DNA of 63,705 bases, filler included, from Choristocarpus tenellus KU-1152 (Eukaryota > Protista > Phaeophyceae): assembly GCA_964200185.2 (NCBI GenBank). It is 11 parts of 11 records of this genome, joined end to end, with 100 filler letters (N's around TTAATTAATTAA, not from the genome) between each part and the next. Parts side by side here need not be neighbours in the genome. Positions count along the whole stretch, not along the records: positions 36,393 to 42,406 come from CAXNAD020009170.1; positions 42,507 to 45,889 come from CAXNAD020020405.1; positions 45,990 to 50,870 come from CAXNAD020012685.1; 8 more parts are not named here. One strand, written 5' to 3'. The translations under genes and the position numbers were made by a program. Positions 36,792-49,949 of this stretch are shown one piece after another; the stretch's first letter is position 1, and the number at the start of each line of letters is the position of its first letter. Below the pieces are notes generated by a model. It worked only from the letters and a program-made list of their open reading frames with translations. It made no database searches and was not told the DNA's origin.

Positions 36792-39046
36792 TGTCCATGG
36801 ATAGTGAGTGTTGTTGATACACTATAGAGACCACAAGTGGAGTAGATTAGGAAGGTACAGTCAGATATGTTTTCCCATATATTTCAGTTGAGGTTAAGTG
36901 ATAGTATTTTTTTCTGATTATCCATGTGGACGTTGCAAATTACACCTCAGTTCAGTCATTGGAATTGAGACCACAAGCCCTTTGTAACACTAACATTCTA
37001 ATTCACACCCAAGTTACTTACTGTCCTCTACCAAGGCACATGATCGATCATCTTAACTGCCGGTCCTGTATGGAATTTTTTAACACGCAATAGCGCACCG
37101 ACTATTCCTGGCACGTTGTGTTGAGCGACAAAGGTGGTGGTGAGTAGTACCAGTGTACAAGATGTCTACCAGCAGCACCATCGAGATCACAAACCTCCCC
37201 ACGTTCGCGGGACACCTGGGTGAGGATTTCTTCCCTTTTGTAGTCAGAGCTCAAGCTGCCCTTGGAGTCTATGACTGTGAGCTCGCTCTTCATGGGCCCG
37301 ACATCATCTGTGGGGGATCAGTCTGGGCAGTGGACGTGGAGTTGAGGCAGAGACTTTCAGCACCAAATCCATCAAGTTCTTCATCAAGTGGTGAAGGAGA
37401 CGAAGTGGCAGCAACATCAGCGCCATCCGTCCCGGTTGTGGCGCCTGCTGACATGGCCGATGATCTCCGATTGGCCACTTTACGGGCCAAGAAAGCTTGG
37501 CAACTACTGCTGATCATGCTGCAAGGCCGCGCTCTACATGTGTTTATCGCGGCGGGCTCTCCAAGTGCAGGGTGGCGCGCGCTTGATGCGGCATTCAGGC
37601 CCAAGACCCGTCAGAAGGCGAGAATTGTACGCCAAGAGCTCGATCGCCTAACACTCGATGACAGAAAGGACCCTTCGCCTGGTCTCGCTGAATTATCCAG
37701 GTTAACAACCAGACTAGAATCGATGGGCGAGGTTATCCCAGAGGAGACCAAGGTGGACACCATCCTTAACAAGCTGGGGGAGAACTACTCCCAAGTGAAG
37801 AGCTTTATTGACTTTGGGAAAACGAAAACCGTGAAACAGGTGGAGGACATGGTGGTGGCCAGATTCAAGGACTTGCAGGCAGCTGACAAGGGGAAATCAG
37901 GTGGAAATGGCCATGCTCTGGCTGTGAGTACAGGAAGGAGGACTGTGGGTAGGAAGGGTCGGGGAAAGGGGCGCGTCATTTGTTTTATGTGTGGCAAAGA
38001 TGGCCATATAAAATACGACTGCCCCTACCTTGACTGGGATAGGCACGCAAGTGCACCTTCAATACTGGGAGAAGATGACGGCCAAGGAGGAAGATGCGTG
38101 AGATGCACAGGGCTGGGTCATGAGGAGAGCGAATGTCCCCTGACCTTTCGAGTCAGGGAGAGGACAAGAAGACCTTCTGGAAGGGGCACTAGGCAGAGAG
38201 CGCGTATGATACCTACCACAAATCCTTCTCCCCCAAATGATTCCCGAGAGGTGGAAGACATCAGCTCGAGACTGGATAAGCTGGAAGGCTTCATCAGGAG
38301 CTCTTATTTTGGTGACATAGAACGCTTCTCCTTGTGACTGTCTTCCCTCGTGTTTGTTGTTCTTGTGACTTACTTGATGGGAGTCTGTCCCCTATTCTGT
38401 ATTTTAGTGCATACCCACAGTAGTCGAGTGACAGCTGTGATGTTGAGTGCAGACTGACTTTTGATAGAAGAGCCACTGAAGCCAGAGAGAGTTTTAAGTG
38501 TATGGTATGTCATTTGTGAGGGAGTCAATTAATTAATGCTACTCTTTTCCAAAGATTCACTTTAGGCGTTGCACTAGGGATATTTCGTGGATTGTGGGAG
38601 ATGCAACATTGTATTGCTAAGGACCTGGAGGAGAAAGTACCCAATAATGTTTCCAAATGAGGCAGCAGTAGGACAGATGAGTGGTTGATTTCAATGACCC
38701 AATGCCAACATTGATGGTAACTACTGTTTTCCAATGATTTGCATGTAATGATATTCTAGGGAGAGTGTCCGTGGATGGTGCTGCCGATGCACTATAGATA
38801 CCACCAGTGGAGTAGATCAGGAAAGGTAGAGCCAGACATGTGTTTCCATATATTTCAGTTGAGGTTTACCTAATGTACGTATGATACAGTGATAGTATTC
38901 TTTTCTGAATTTCCAGTCAGTGGAATTGAGACCACAAGCCCCTTGTAATAGAAACATTATATATTCACACCAAGCTATCTATCGTTATCTACCAAGGCAC
39001 ACGATTGATCATATTAACCACCGGTCAAGTGTGGAATATTTCAAGA
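36792..39046 (+). mobile_element. Gag-only (non-autonomous) copia-type LTR retroelement
   Basis: Diverged direct repeats 36792-37085 and 38766-39046 (both start TGTCC); PPT AGGGAGAG before the 3' LTR; a single gag ORF inside; no integrase or RT. Confidence 0.88.
37153..38337 (+). CDS. Copia-type Gag with two CCHC zinc knuckles
   Basis: 394-codon open frame: AWQLL…SPSAGWRAL…DP…ILNKLGENY; CFMCGKDGHIKYDC and CVRCTGLGHEESEC. Confidence 0.88.
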   Translation: MYKMSTSSTIEITNLPTFAGHLGEDFFPFVVRAQAALGVYDCELALHGPDIICGGSVWAVDVELRQRLSAPNPSSSSSSGEGDEVAATSAPSVPVVAPADMADDLRLATLRAKKAWQLLLIMLQGRALHVFIAAGSPSAGWRALDAAFRPKTRQKARIVRQELDRLTLDDRKDPSPGLAELSRLTTRLESMGEVIPEETKVDTILNKLGENYSQVKSFIDFGKTKTVKQVEDMVVARFKDLQAADKGKSGGNGHALAVSTGRRTVGRKGRGKGRVICFMCGKDGHIKYDCPYLDWDRHASAPSILGEDDGQGGRCVRCTGLGHEESECPLTFRVRERTRRPSGRGTRQRARMIPTTNPSPPNDSREVEDISSRLDKLEGFIRSSYFGDIERFSL

Positions 39047-40401
39047 TGAAGCACATATTCCCACCTCAATGCTATCAACAGGTGATCAGACAAGTAAAGA
39101 AAACACCCTTCCCTAAAAAAAAAAACAGATACGAAATGAATGCCATTGCCCGTTTCTAACATATCATCCATAGGCAACACTGGAAGACCCAGGAGGAAGT
39201 AACCGGGTGTAAAACCTTACTTATATTGTGACCTTCAGCTATAGATATGCTAGCATGGCACTCGCTCCTCACAGTTGACTTCATATATGACTCGATGTGG
39301 GTCAAAGTATCCTAGAGTGAGGGTCTGGTGTCCTTTCGGGGGGCATCTCTGACCATTCTTTGATTTACCTTTAATTTGTCCTCACGTGTAAGAATCGAGG
39401 TCAATTTCCTTCATCTGGACATACCTTCTTCCTCTTTAACCTCTTGCTTAGTGTCTGCTTAAAATCGATTTCGACTTGTATTTTCTGTGTGTGTTCGAGA
39501 TTTTGAAGGAATATCACGTAGATCAGACTCGCACAAATAACACTTTGACCACAATTTCTTCTGGTGGTGGGACGGGAGTTGGGCGGAAATGAAGAGGGGG
39601 TTCAGGAAAGGAGCGATTTGAAAACTCAAAGTAGGGGGAGTTTCATACGGTAGGGATCAATGTCCCTGGTGCATGCATTATTGGAGGCAGTGCAAGAAGT
39701 AATGAAGGTGTTGAATACCCGTTTTTCACCAGGAAATCTTGTTTGTGAGGCGATGAGAGGATAAGAAGAAAAATATGAGAATAATTCGTTATCTCAATTA
39801 ATCTATATATCACAGTGCCCTCCCTTTACGTCCAAGTTAAAAACTGTTCCAGCCATGAACCAATATGTGTATCCTGCCCAGTAGACAGAGGAGATAGGCC
39901 CCTTCTTCCCTGACACCAGAATTTTATGGGAAAAATCCAACACAGTATACTCTCAACGTACTGTATATAGTAGTGTTTCTCACAATGTCGAGTACTCATC
40001 ACAGCTAAAGATCTTGTCTAGAGAATATTTCCTTCAACAGTACAAGCACTCTCGAAATCAGGCACTACAACACTTCTCGGCTTACGGAATCACAATCTGT
40101 GTGCCCATTGTCTTCTAGGCTCAGAGCTAAGATCACAACATATTAAAAGCATGCCAAAGGAAAGTAGACGGTGACCCAGGTAAAATCAAAGGTCTCTTGT
40201 TGCTCTGCACCCCAAGGGTTCTCTGGCAGTTGCTTTGGATAAGGCAGGGCTCAAACCTAACCTATCAACTCATCCAACATATTCCTGTGATGGCATACAC
40301 CCCGGAGATTTAGGCGGGTTCACTGATAGACCACAATAGAAGTCTAGACCAAAGGAGACTGAGCTTGCTTTGTGCCAACCGAAGGTCTTCCTAAATCCCG
40401 A

Positions 40402-40658
40402 GAGTCAAAGTAAACGAGAGGTACCCAGAGTTGCGTTTTAAGGATTCCTACCAATTTGTCCAAAAATCGACTCTTTTTTTCAAATATTCGTAGGATTTTT
40501 TCTTAATTGAATTGGAGACTTGCAAACAATAGAGAAATGAACGCTCTCAAGTCAAACTAACTTCATCCATAAATTATGCGTGAATTGCAAAAGATTGGAA
40601 TACAGACTTTAAAATGCAGAACGGCTAATACCTCGGTACCTCTCCATTACTTTGGCTC
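40402..40658 (+). mobile_element. MITE family C
   Basis: GAGTCAAAGTAAACGAGAGGTACC … GGTACCTCTCCATTACTTTGGCTC; homologous to 43994-44431; no TSD visible. Confidence 0.85.
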
Positions 40659-42506
40659 TGATGCAAGATCAACAGTCGTGGAGAACCTGTGAACCCTTCA
40701 GCCTTTCTAAGGTCCTTGTCATGTCGCTCATATCTCCACTATCACTGTATGAGCACTCATTCAACATCCTTGAGTCAATACATAGTCTTAAGGTCCTTAC
40801 AGCAACGACACTACACTCCCAAGGTCAGTAGTCTAATCTGCTATGGGTAGCTGACCAGTCTGGGGCATGACTGTAGCAGAAAGTGAATCACAAGGCTTTG
40901 TGCAAGGGGTTGATGAACGACAAGCGCATCTTTGTCGTGTTTGTATACGTTGTGTTCAATATGCTTGTATTCTGCCTGGCTTGCTGCACACTCATGACTA
41001 CGGGTGTACCTGGTTCTCATCATTTGACAACCCTATAGGACTCTAGTTTCTCAACTCATAAATTCTACTCTGACTAGAATGCCATCACTACAAGTTGTCT
41101 GGACCACTTTCATAGCTTATTCAAGTCCTGGTCCAATACAGTGCGACAAATTACTCCTCAAGATCTTCCCATCACCGTATCTCAACCATTGCTATTTCCT
41201 GTCTGTCTGCTAAATATCTGTAACACTCTCCTTCATAATTCAACATTAAAGCAAATCTTCTGTTCTTCACCCTCCACCTCTTCTGGAAAGGCTGGCAACA
41301 CAGGCAAGACTGCAAATAATGAGTAGCAACCGATCGGACTGTTTGTTGGTTCTACACCTGAAGAGTCTGTGGTAGGTAGGGTGACTACCAGGGACATGCG
41401 TATATGCGGTGTCAGTGCGAGAGAAAGAAGCATGCCATTGGAACGGAATTCAACGCTTACCAGGAACTGAGTTATGAAAGCTAGAGAGAGGAGAGCGTTC
41501 ATGAGGGCTGTCGACCTATTGATGCATGTGTTCATTGGAAGTAGGTCAGATTTTGGCAACCTGTTAGTAAGATATTGGCTTGACATATTTGAATGATTGA
41601 GACAGAACAAAACAAGAATTGAGAAATCAAATAACGCTACTTCTATTTCAAGCTCTTTATCACTAACGTCATCAAGAATAATCTGTTCTATTCCTCAATG
41701 TGGTTTCATCTTGAACTGTATCACTTTTGAGGAAGAGATAATGAATGATGGACGAACTCGCTTATATTCGTTTAGTCTCATTTGAAAAGAGAAGTACTAT
41801 GGTTCTGTACACCTGTTCGGTCAAGTACAAGCGTAAAGGTAGACACAAGAAATTATCCGATTCCAAGGCAAAAAACTCGTTCATACACAACGTGATGGGG
41901 CAATTGGCCACTAGAACTGCTTCTTTTACTGGTGACAAAAATTGGCGACACTTACCTGAATACAGGTCTCTAAGTTATAGTTAAGTGCAAGCAAGAGCAA
42001 TCAAGACTTTCCCCGTTATGTCTGAAGCCGTGATGATTGGCCAGTGCTGCTTGCAGGCCCCCTACCACCAAAGATGTCAGTGACAGGTGGCGACGACTTC
42101 GACCTTTTACCTTTTGTGACGTCCTTGTCCGCTATATAGAAAATATTGTAAATGTTTTTATCGGAATTTTCGATGCATCCCATTTCACACGAATCATAAA
42201 ATGTCAGAAAATAAAAAACATTAATTGTTGAGCCTCTTGGAGTTGAGGCTGACAACTTTACCACTGGCTCATCGCTTTGGTATCTGTTGTTGGTGTGGAT
42301 ATGTTGGTGGTGGTGTGGATGACACCATATGCAGCATGTATGTATAGGGTTTCCACTTACATGGGGTCAAAGTATCTTGGGGGGGGTGTCGGCGTCCGTT
42401 TTTCACNNNNNNNNNNNNNNNNNNNNNNNNNNNNNNNNNNNNNNNNNNNNTTAATTAATTAANNNNNNNNNNNNNNNNNNNNNNNNNNNNNNNNNNNNNN
42501 NNNNNN

Positions 42507-42710
42507 CCAGGAAGAACGGCACTTTTCGCGAGAATTTTTGTTTATTCGCCAAACTCGCGTGAATATCTCTGGGATTTTGTGCCAAATCGCCCGAATACGA
42601 GAATTCCGGTACAAAAGCATATTTTTTTAGCATGTCGAAAAAAAGCGGTACAAAATTGACTAATTTTGATTTGGTTCATATTATTAGGCCCAAAATAGGG
42701 TAACCCACTG
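42507..42710. mobile_element. Possible Tc1/mariner-type element end
   Basis: Ends …GGTAACCCACTG|TA (TA|CAGTGGG on the minus strand); the other end is lost in the gap. Confidence 0.3.
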
Positions 42711-43993
42711 TATATGTGATAAAGATTCTTGTTCGTGCCAATCAAAAAAAAAAATGCTCTATTCCTATTTCGAAAAAGCTGAAACTATGAAATCAAAACA
42801 CAACTATCGTCCTTCCAAACATCACATTAAGTGACAAAAAGTCCTGTTTCAGTCCAAAATTCCACTTGTTCACTAGATCAACTAATTTCTGTATGTCATA
42901 GATGTCAAATAGTTGAAATATAGTTCTTATTATGTTTGATTACCAGTGAGGTGTTATGGTGTATTTGTGGGGGGGGTATTTCGAATGATAAGGGTTGAAA
43001 ATACTGAATATGAGGGTAGTAAAAAGTATTTTCTAAACCTTTTCGAAGATATCAAATATTTCGTTCATATCTACAATATAGAGCATAGAATGAGTTTTTT
43101 GAATGAAGAATTTTTTAAGAACTGGAACAAATCTTTTCGTATGTGGATTATTATATTTTCAGAAAGATTACAATTGTATTAATTTTAGATCATTGAGTTT
43201 TGTTTTATTGAGTTGAGTTTTGTTATTAAATTTGAGTATAATGTTTCTTTAGCCAGTTGGCGTCTAGAAGAACTTCGATCGAAGAACCTGCACAGTTGTA
43301 ACATTGGTGGGCGTTTTTAAAAGTAAAACAGTGAATTGTATCATTTATATATCCGTCCAGTTTTAGTTCGACCCACCTTCCTCGTTACAGCATCAAATCT
43401 CCTCTAAGCCACCACTCACCTCAACAACAGCGAGTAGGCAGGAATGGAATATAGGTGACGAAGTCTTTCCAATAGATCTATATTAGGTCTAATATGGTAT
43501 TGTGGGTGTGTGTTTGTCGATAATGGGGGTGAAAAACACTGAATATGACAAAAGTAGGTGTTTGCGCAGAATGAAATTCATGTGTGGTCCGGAAAAAATG
43601 GAAAAAACAAGAACGCCACCCGAAGGTGATGAGCAAATCCGAACCATCTTCAGCGTGGTTAGTGTATGCCCTGGTGACGAAAGAGCAGTCTGCCGTAGCC
43701 CGTGCTAGGTTCCGTCTATTTTGACCCTTCCCTGGACATTCCTTAGTGGATTTAGCGGAGGTAGGTCTTTGCCCGAATGGTGTCAACTTCTATTGCTCAC
43801 CCTGTCTGTGGCTAAAGCAAGTGGGGATCGAAGCACAGGTTCGAGAATGGGTGTGGCTGGTCGAACGGGTTTTGATGCATTGCTTTTTGGAATGAACAAG
43901 GTCCGTATTTCGCAGGAACCAAAGCAGGTTGTTTGTTTACAGCAGTAATCACAACAACAGAGTGGGTTAGGTACAGTCTGACAATAACGTTGT

Positions 43994-44431
43994 GAGTCAA
44001 AGTAAACGAGAGTTACCCAGAGTTGCATCTCAAGGATGCTGAAAACGTAATTCGCCTTTTCTTACAATTACGTACAGTATATTTGGCTTAAAGTATCTGA
44101 GGGGGGGTAGTGGCTGTCCATTTGGGGTCAATTTTTTCATGTCGTGATTTTTGGGTGATTTGGTTGCATACGTCCGATGGATAATGAAAATGCACTTTTC
44201 CTGATTTTGGTCCAAATGGACACCCTGGTGTAGACCTCCCCCCCCCCCCACAAGATACTTTGGATCTTTGGGGATTGCGTACAAAATTTCAAAAAAATTG
44301 AGAAATAAACGCTCTCAAGTCAAACTTCGAACTTCATCCATAGAAATATGTGTAAATCGCAAAAGATTGAAAAACAGACTTAAAATCCAAATCGGTCTAA
44401 ACCTGGGGGTACCTCTCATTCATTTTACCTC
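43994..44431 (+). mobile_element. MITE family C copy carrying a nested family B element
   Basis: Both halves align to 40402-40658 (e.g. AACGCTCTCAAGTCAAACT, CTTCATCCATA, AAAAGATTG), separated by the insert at 44085-44266. Confidence 0.87.
44085..44266 (+). mobile_element. MITE family B, complete copy (~180 bp)
   Basis: GGCTTAAAGTATCTGAGGGGGGG … CCCCCCCCACAAGATACTTTGGATC; matches 60802-60971 and 45826-45889; flanking duplication TTT. Confidence 0.9.
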
Positions 44432-46044
44432 AACGTCCTATATGGCCCATTAAAAGTCAACAGAGCGCGCGCGCATGCACGACAAGCAGCAACATTAGGC
44501 GTTTCAACAAACTCCTCAACCAGTGACAAACTACGGTATGCAAGAAAAAATCAATTTCATTTCCGTCTTGCGAAACACATCAGCGAAAAGAAATCAATTT
44601 CTAGGAAATTTCAAACTGGGTTTCAAGTCTCCAACCCAGGTTCAAAAAGTTCACTATTGTTGAAGTCCCTTCCATCAAGACTGACAGGAGTCACATTCAA
44701 ATCTGCAAAATGGAAAGCGCTTTCCCCCCCCAGCCTCCCCAACACAGTTTTTTTTCCTTCGTGTACTTCCGGCATACACTATTGATACCACTATGACATG
44801 GATGCTCTCAGGCTAAAAAGATCTCCAAGTATGTAAGTCCATGACTAGAATTTACCTGCTAAGAAATATTGTAGTACTCGTTTGTTCGAGTACATAAAAT
44901 TATTTAGCCCCCCTCCGCGACATATTTCCCATTCTTGGTAGTGATGAAGACATGAGCGTGTCTGGATTCGGGTTAACCATCTATCTACTACTGCTTGAAG
45001 ACTTGTATTGAGAGAGCGGAACACCAATAGCATAACCAAACATGAATAATCATATATGCCAATTTTTTCAAACTTTTGCGGTTGACACAAGGTCTAATCA
45101 ACAATGTAAGCGATGCATTAGGCCACCCAACAATCCACTACACCAAAATGGGACATGTATATATTATTCCTAAAATAAGTGTGAGAAAATTATTGTAACC
45201 TCTACCCGTTTCACATATTTGGGTTTAAAACACTACTTGGATCTACATAATGATTCCATAATATTGTTTGTTTGATGTCAACACTGCCCAATGTTGAAAT
45301 ATGGCAAGTTCCTCTTGCTTGGAAACGATGAGGGCATAATCTTACGTGAATTGAGGTTGATACTATGTGTAGTACTCCTTGAGCTGAACACCAATAGTAT
45401 AACCAGACTAGCCCTTCCATCGACTCTTGTTCAGCATGATATCATGAATGCAATATGTCACGACATGGTAAGTTCTCTTTCATAGCAAAACCCGGTGATC
45501 AAATAACGGTCTCAAATGATCACCATATACGTGTTAAAAGGAATGCTCTGATCGATGAATACTTTGTTCGATTAATGGACAAGTGGTGCGCAGGCATTGC
45601 TATGGGGAGGACTTACAAGATAAACCCTGGTTTGCAACACTTCAGTTGTGCCATTAGAATCAAGAGGAAGTACGCAGAGGTATATACTCCCTCTGCCCAT
45701 GAGTCTGGGTCAATAAGTTGCAGCTCTTTGGGGTGATCTCCAATTACAAAAATGACATTTGCGTTGGATTCCTTGGAATCCTTACATTAAAATTCTATTT
45801 CAAAGAATTCTACAAGTGTTCTATTGGCTCAAAGTATCTGGGAGGGGGTGGCGGCTGTCCATTTGGGGTCAATTTTTTCATGTCGCGATNNNNNNNNNNN
45901 NNNNNNNNNNNNNNNNNNNNNNNNNNNNNNNNNTTAATTAATTAANNNNNNNNNNNNNNNNNNNNNNNNNNNNNNNNNNNNNNNNNNNNCCCTCGCGGAT
46001 CCACCGCCCACCAGCCTTGCTGACACCTGTTTCCTTTCTAGCCC

Positions 46045-49000
46045 TTACGTTGTTCCATATATCCTTACAGTTCGGTCCAGCGATGACGTCGCCTTGAAAA
46101 AGAATAAAGTTTTTGGCAGAGATAAGTCAGGATTATGATTGTTTGGGTAGCACAGGACAGGGCAGGGTGTTGGGCCTCAAGAGACAAAAGAAGAGGACAG
46201 ATATTTTGCATATTTGTATAGGCTATCGATATACAGTTGACAATATTCTCTTGCGTGTGAAGCAACCCTAACCCTATATTTCTCACCAGGAAGCTAGCGC
46301 TCGGGCCAAACTTCAGCCCGGTTACAGCACTCCTGTAGTCTTCATAAGATGTCAGCTCACTCCACTCCTTTACCGCATAAACCTTAAAATATTCAGAAAA
46401 AAAACACCACCCGATGTTAAATCAGGAGAGGGTCAATGATGACAGTGCTAATAAGCTTGCCTATTGGCAATGTGCTCTTGAGACAATTCTTCTGCTGCAC
46501 ATCAAAAGCCAACTCGAAATGTTGCACAGAGCATTGATACGCTTGTTGCATTTTCCAACCTTGCCCCTCTCATACCTAACGCCTTCTACCAGTTGGGCCC
46601 AGTCTTGGGTAGGAAACTTATATGTTGCAATGACAGCAAGATACAGAGATTTGTAATCTTTTTGAAAATTACACCTGATTGGATACAACCTCAGAAAAAG
46701 AGACCAGGCCACATCTTGTGTGACATAGCCTGCCCATCGGCCCAACCCCTCACTCACCTCCCTCCTCAAAAAATGTATCCTCGGTATCTCACCCCAAACA
46801 GAAACATTCCCCATTCAACACCATCTCAAACACAAAACAAGGTGGAGGATGGGGGGGATTATCATATGCCTGCTAATCCCCCCACCTTCCCTACAATCCA
46901 TACTGCGAAAGAGTCAACTTGAACAATGCATTACTCCTTACTGGACTGCCACTTCTCATGCCTTGCTCATAAAATATAGCTTCTATCATTACCTCAAACC
47001 CAAAGTGGAGACAAAACTGCCCACATCAACACAATGGGCCTTCAAAAGGAACACTGTTGAAAGGCTGGACCTACAACTCCAGCACACACAGACCAAAGCA
47101 AGTTATAGAGCACAAACCTTGTCCCAACCCCCCCCTAACACCTGACCCCCCAAATGCCCTCATCTTGCCTTGGTGGTCTTCTTGCCTCCGGCTGCCAGGT
47201 ACATCCCGGAGGAATCAAATGCCACAGATGACACCGCCCCCCCCCCAATTGACAAATTCTGGAAGTTCTTAAGTTTGCGCAAATCCCACATTCGCGCAAA
47301 CCCATCATCCCCAGCAGAGGCCATATAGTACCCATTCTCACTGAAGGAGATGGCATTCACGCCACCCTGGTGACCCTCAAAGTTTGCCACATTGTTCTTG
47401 AGCATACACACAAGGGGTAAGGGACATACGTGTGTGTTATGAGAGAGGGGTTGCCAAGGGCAAGTGGCCTTTTGGTCAGGCTTTGTTCAACACGAGGAGA
47501 GAGTACTTGTGGTGCAGTTTCACAATTGGAACAAACAGATGCTCTGCAGTCTTGAAAGATTGTAGGGATGTGGATCTCCTTTGATACTTGTGTCAATAAT
47601 CACTTTTAATAGTAACATACAGGATTGGAACAGGTCAAACAAAGTGTCCACAAGTAGCTGGCTCCTTTCACTAACAAAATCTAAGGACCAACACACCCCT
47701 CTTGCCCCCTGGCCATCACAACCCAATAGTCACACTACAGCAAAACCATCCTTCTTCCCAAACCACAACCATAACCCACAACATAACCTTCAACTGTACA
47801 CATACATACAAACATCTATAGTCAGTATCGTACTATGTATTTGACACACCAGATCAAGCACCTACACAGCATTGTCTCTTACAACTTCTCATAACAATAA
47901 CACAAGCCAAAACTCAGGTTATTGACATATTTTTTCCTCCTATCTTACACATAGTGTTAAAAATATTAATATTAAAAGGTCAAGATCAAGACACCTTCAC
48001 TACAATGCTATCCTTCTCAAACCCCATAAAACACGCCCTCAAAATAATCCTCAACCTCCCGACTCCAAACCCAATTCTACTACTAGTACTACTAGTAACC
48101 ATAAAAACACTTAACCAAAATATTTTCCAACAGAGTCAACAGAGTCTGTACACAAAGACCTTGTTACACATATTGTCAAGGCATATATGTATGGAAAAAT
48201 CAGAACTGTGACTTGACATAGGGAGGAAGCCCATGCTAGAACCTGACTGCTCTCTTCGTATGTCAGGGGTCACTAGAAGTTCTAACAAAAGCTAATCCCA
48301 GGGATCACAACCAGTTAGACTTGGTTAGGTTTCGCCAGAGGGTTGCTATTCCTCAAGGCTGTGACTAACCCCTACAGGGCAGTTCCTAAAGTGAAGTTGT
48401 GTATCCTGGTGGCATGCGATGCCTTTTGACGGATGCGAACCTGTGCTGGGATTTGATCCCATGAAAGTAGTATCTATTAGAACTGCTGGTAAACACCTGA
48501 GCTACTGAGGCAATCGGCTCACTATCACCTCAGTACCTCAGGGGTTTACTAAAAGCTCTAACAGTGCAACCACACTTTCTTTTTTATTTACCAGACACAG
48601 CAATGAATGCAAACAAACGTAGAGTACAAAAGTGTCTACACGGACACCCTAACGCCATCCACCTCATAGCAACAAGCTCTATTATGAAGCACACATCAAG
48701 GTCACCAAAAGGAACTATAACAAAGTGTCTTATCTCTCCACCTATCCCATACCTGTGTCTTCATGTCCCAGATACGTACAAACGCATCCCCTGTACCAGT
48801 GCCAAGGATGAGACCATCTGGGTGGAAACGTACGCACTGGAACCCACCAGCAAAGTCTGGGTTCTTGACAAGCTTGAGAAGGCGTCCCCTGTGCAGGCAC
48901 CACGAGGACAGAGCCACCAACATTTGAGGGTTGAATGTGGTGCAGGGGGATAGGGTGTGGTTGAATAAAAATCCCTATCAACTGTATCAGTAATTTAGTA

Positions 49001-49949
49001 ATAGGATATACCTACGTAGCATGCAAATAAAACGTGAACTTTGGAACTAAAAACCCATAAATCAAGCCTCATCACTTGTAGCTCAAAAGGATACAATAAT
49101 AATTTCTTGAGGTGAAGGCAATGTATGAAAAAAAACAAAAAACTTACATCAACCTGAGAAAACCCACAAACCACCCCCCACCCCAATAAAAACAAAATGC
49201 ACACTTTTCATGACTACCTTACTACCTCTGCCTCTGCAACTCCCCACCCCACCCCCCCTGCCACACCTGTTGAGATCATAGAATGCCCAGCTCTTATCCT
49301 GTGATGCCGTTGCTAAGAAGTCTCCTGTAGCATGCACCGTAGCCCCCACAACTTCCGCAGTGTGTTCGTCCAAAACGTGGGCAACCTTGTACCCTCCTCC
49401 GTCCTCTTCCTCCCCCTCCCCACCCGTTGGAATCCACATCCTGGTAGTTTTGTCTGCAGAGGCTGTAACCAGCAGATCCCTGGTGGGATGGAAGCAGGCG
49501 TCTGTGACCCTCTTGCTGTGGCCAACAAGGGTTGCCACCTGCACCTGAGTCCCACGATCGAACAAGATAGCAGTCTTGTCCACACCTCCAGTGAGAACCT
49601 ATAGATAACACCACATTGGATGGGGGAGGAGGGGGCGGGGAATAGAAAAAAACATAAAACCCCACGTATTCATGTATTTAAACCGCAACCTAAAAAGAGC
49701 ATACCCAAGAAAACAAATGATTAAAAACAAAAACTTATTAGAAAAACAAAAACAAAAATTCTTCCTCCTTTTCCCATCACCGCTGCATCGCGCCTTCCAT
49801 CTCTCCTTACCAGGTTGGGCTCTGTGGGGTGCAGGTCCAAGCATGTCACCCCCGCCGGACTGGTCTTGTGGAGAGTGTGTGAATTGGTGCACGTCCACTC
49901 CGCGATTGCCTCTGTGGTGGCAAGACTGGCTGGCATAGACCTCTTCTTC
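46045..49949 (-). CDS. PRPF19: Pre-mRNA-processing factor 19 (WD40 part; U-box exons beyond the gap)
   Basis: Exons 49949-49811 ([12 protein letters not shown]…LHKTSPAGV), 49598-49267 (LTGGVDK…GHSKRVT…VHATGDFL), 48888-48753 ([12 protein letters not shown]), 47396-47169 ([11 protein letters not shown]…WDLRKLKN), 46382-46287 (VYAVKEW), 46092-46045 ([15 protein letters not shown]); phase-consistent. Confidence 0.96.
48210..48511 (-). mobile_element. Candidate tRNA-derived SINE in a PRP19 intron
   Basis: Minus strand starts GCCTCAGTAGCTCAGG (A-box-like), with GGGATCAAATCCC (B-box-like) ~45 nt later. Single copy in the window; boundaries uncertain. Confidence 0.35.

Noticed and set aside
39815-40090. 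Decayed Ser/Thr kinase C-lobe (AKDLV…QALQH)
   Set aside because: Needs several frameshifts and stops; no catalytic-loop or DFG motif found.
41233-42264. Possible exons of a minus-strand gene
   Set aside because: Some splice-like sites, but no phase-consistent chain or recognisable motif.
45260-45470. Tiny plus-strand exons (CPMLKY, HDIMNAICHDM)
   Set aside because: Too short to separate from chance.
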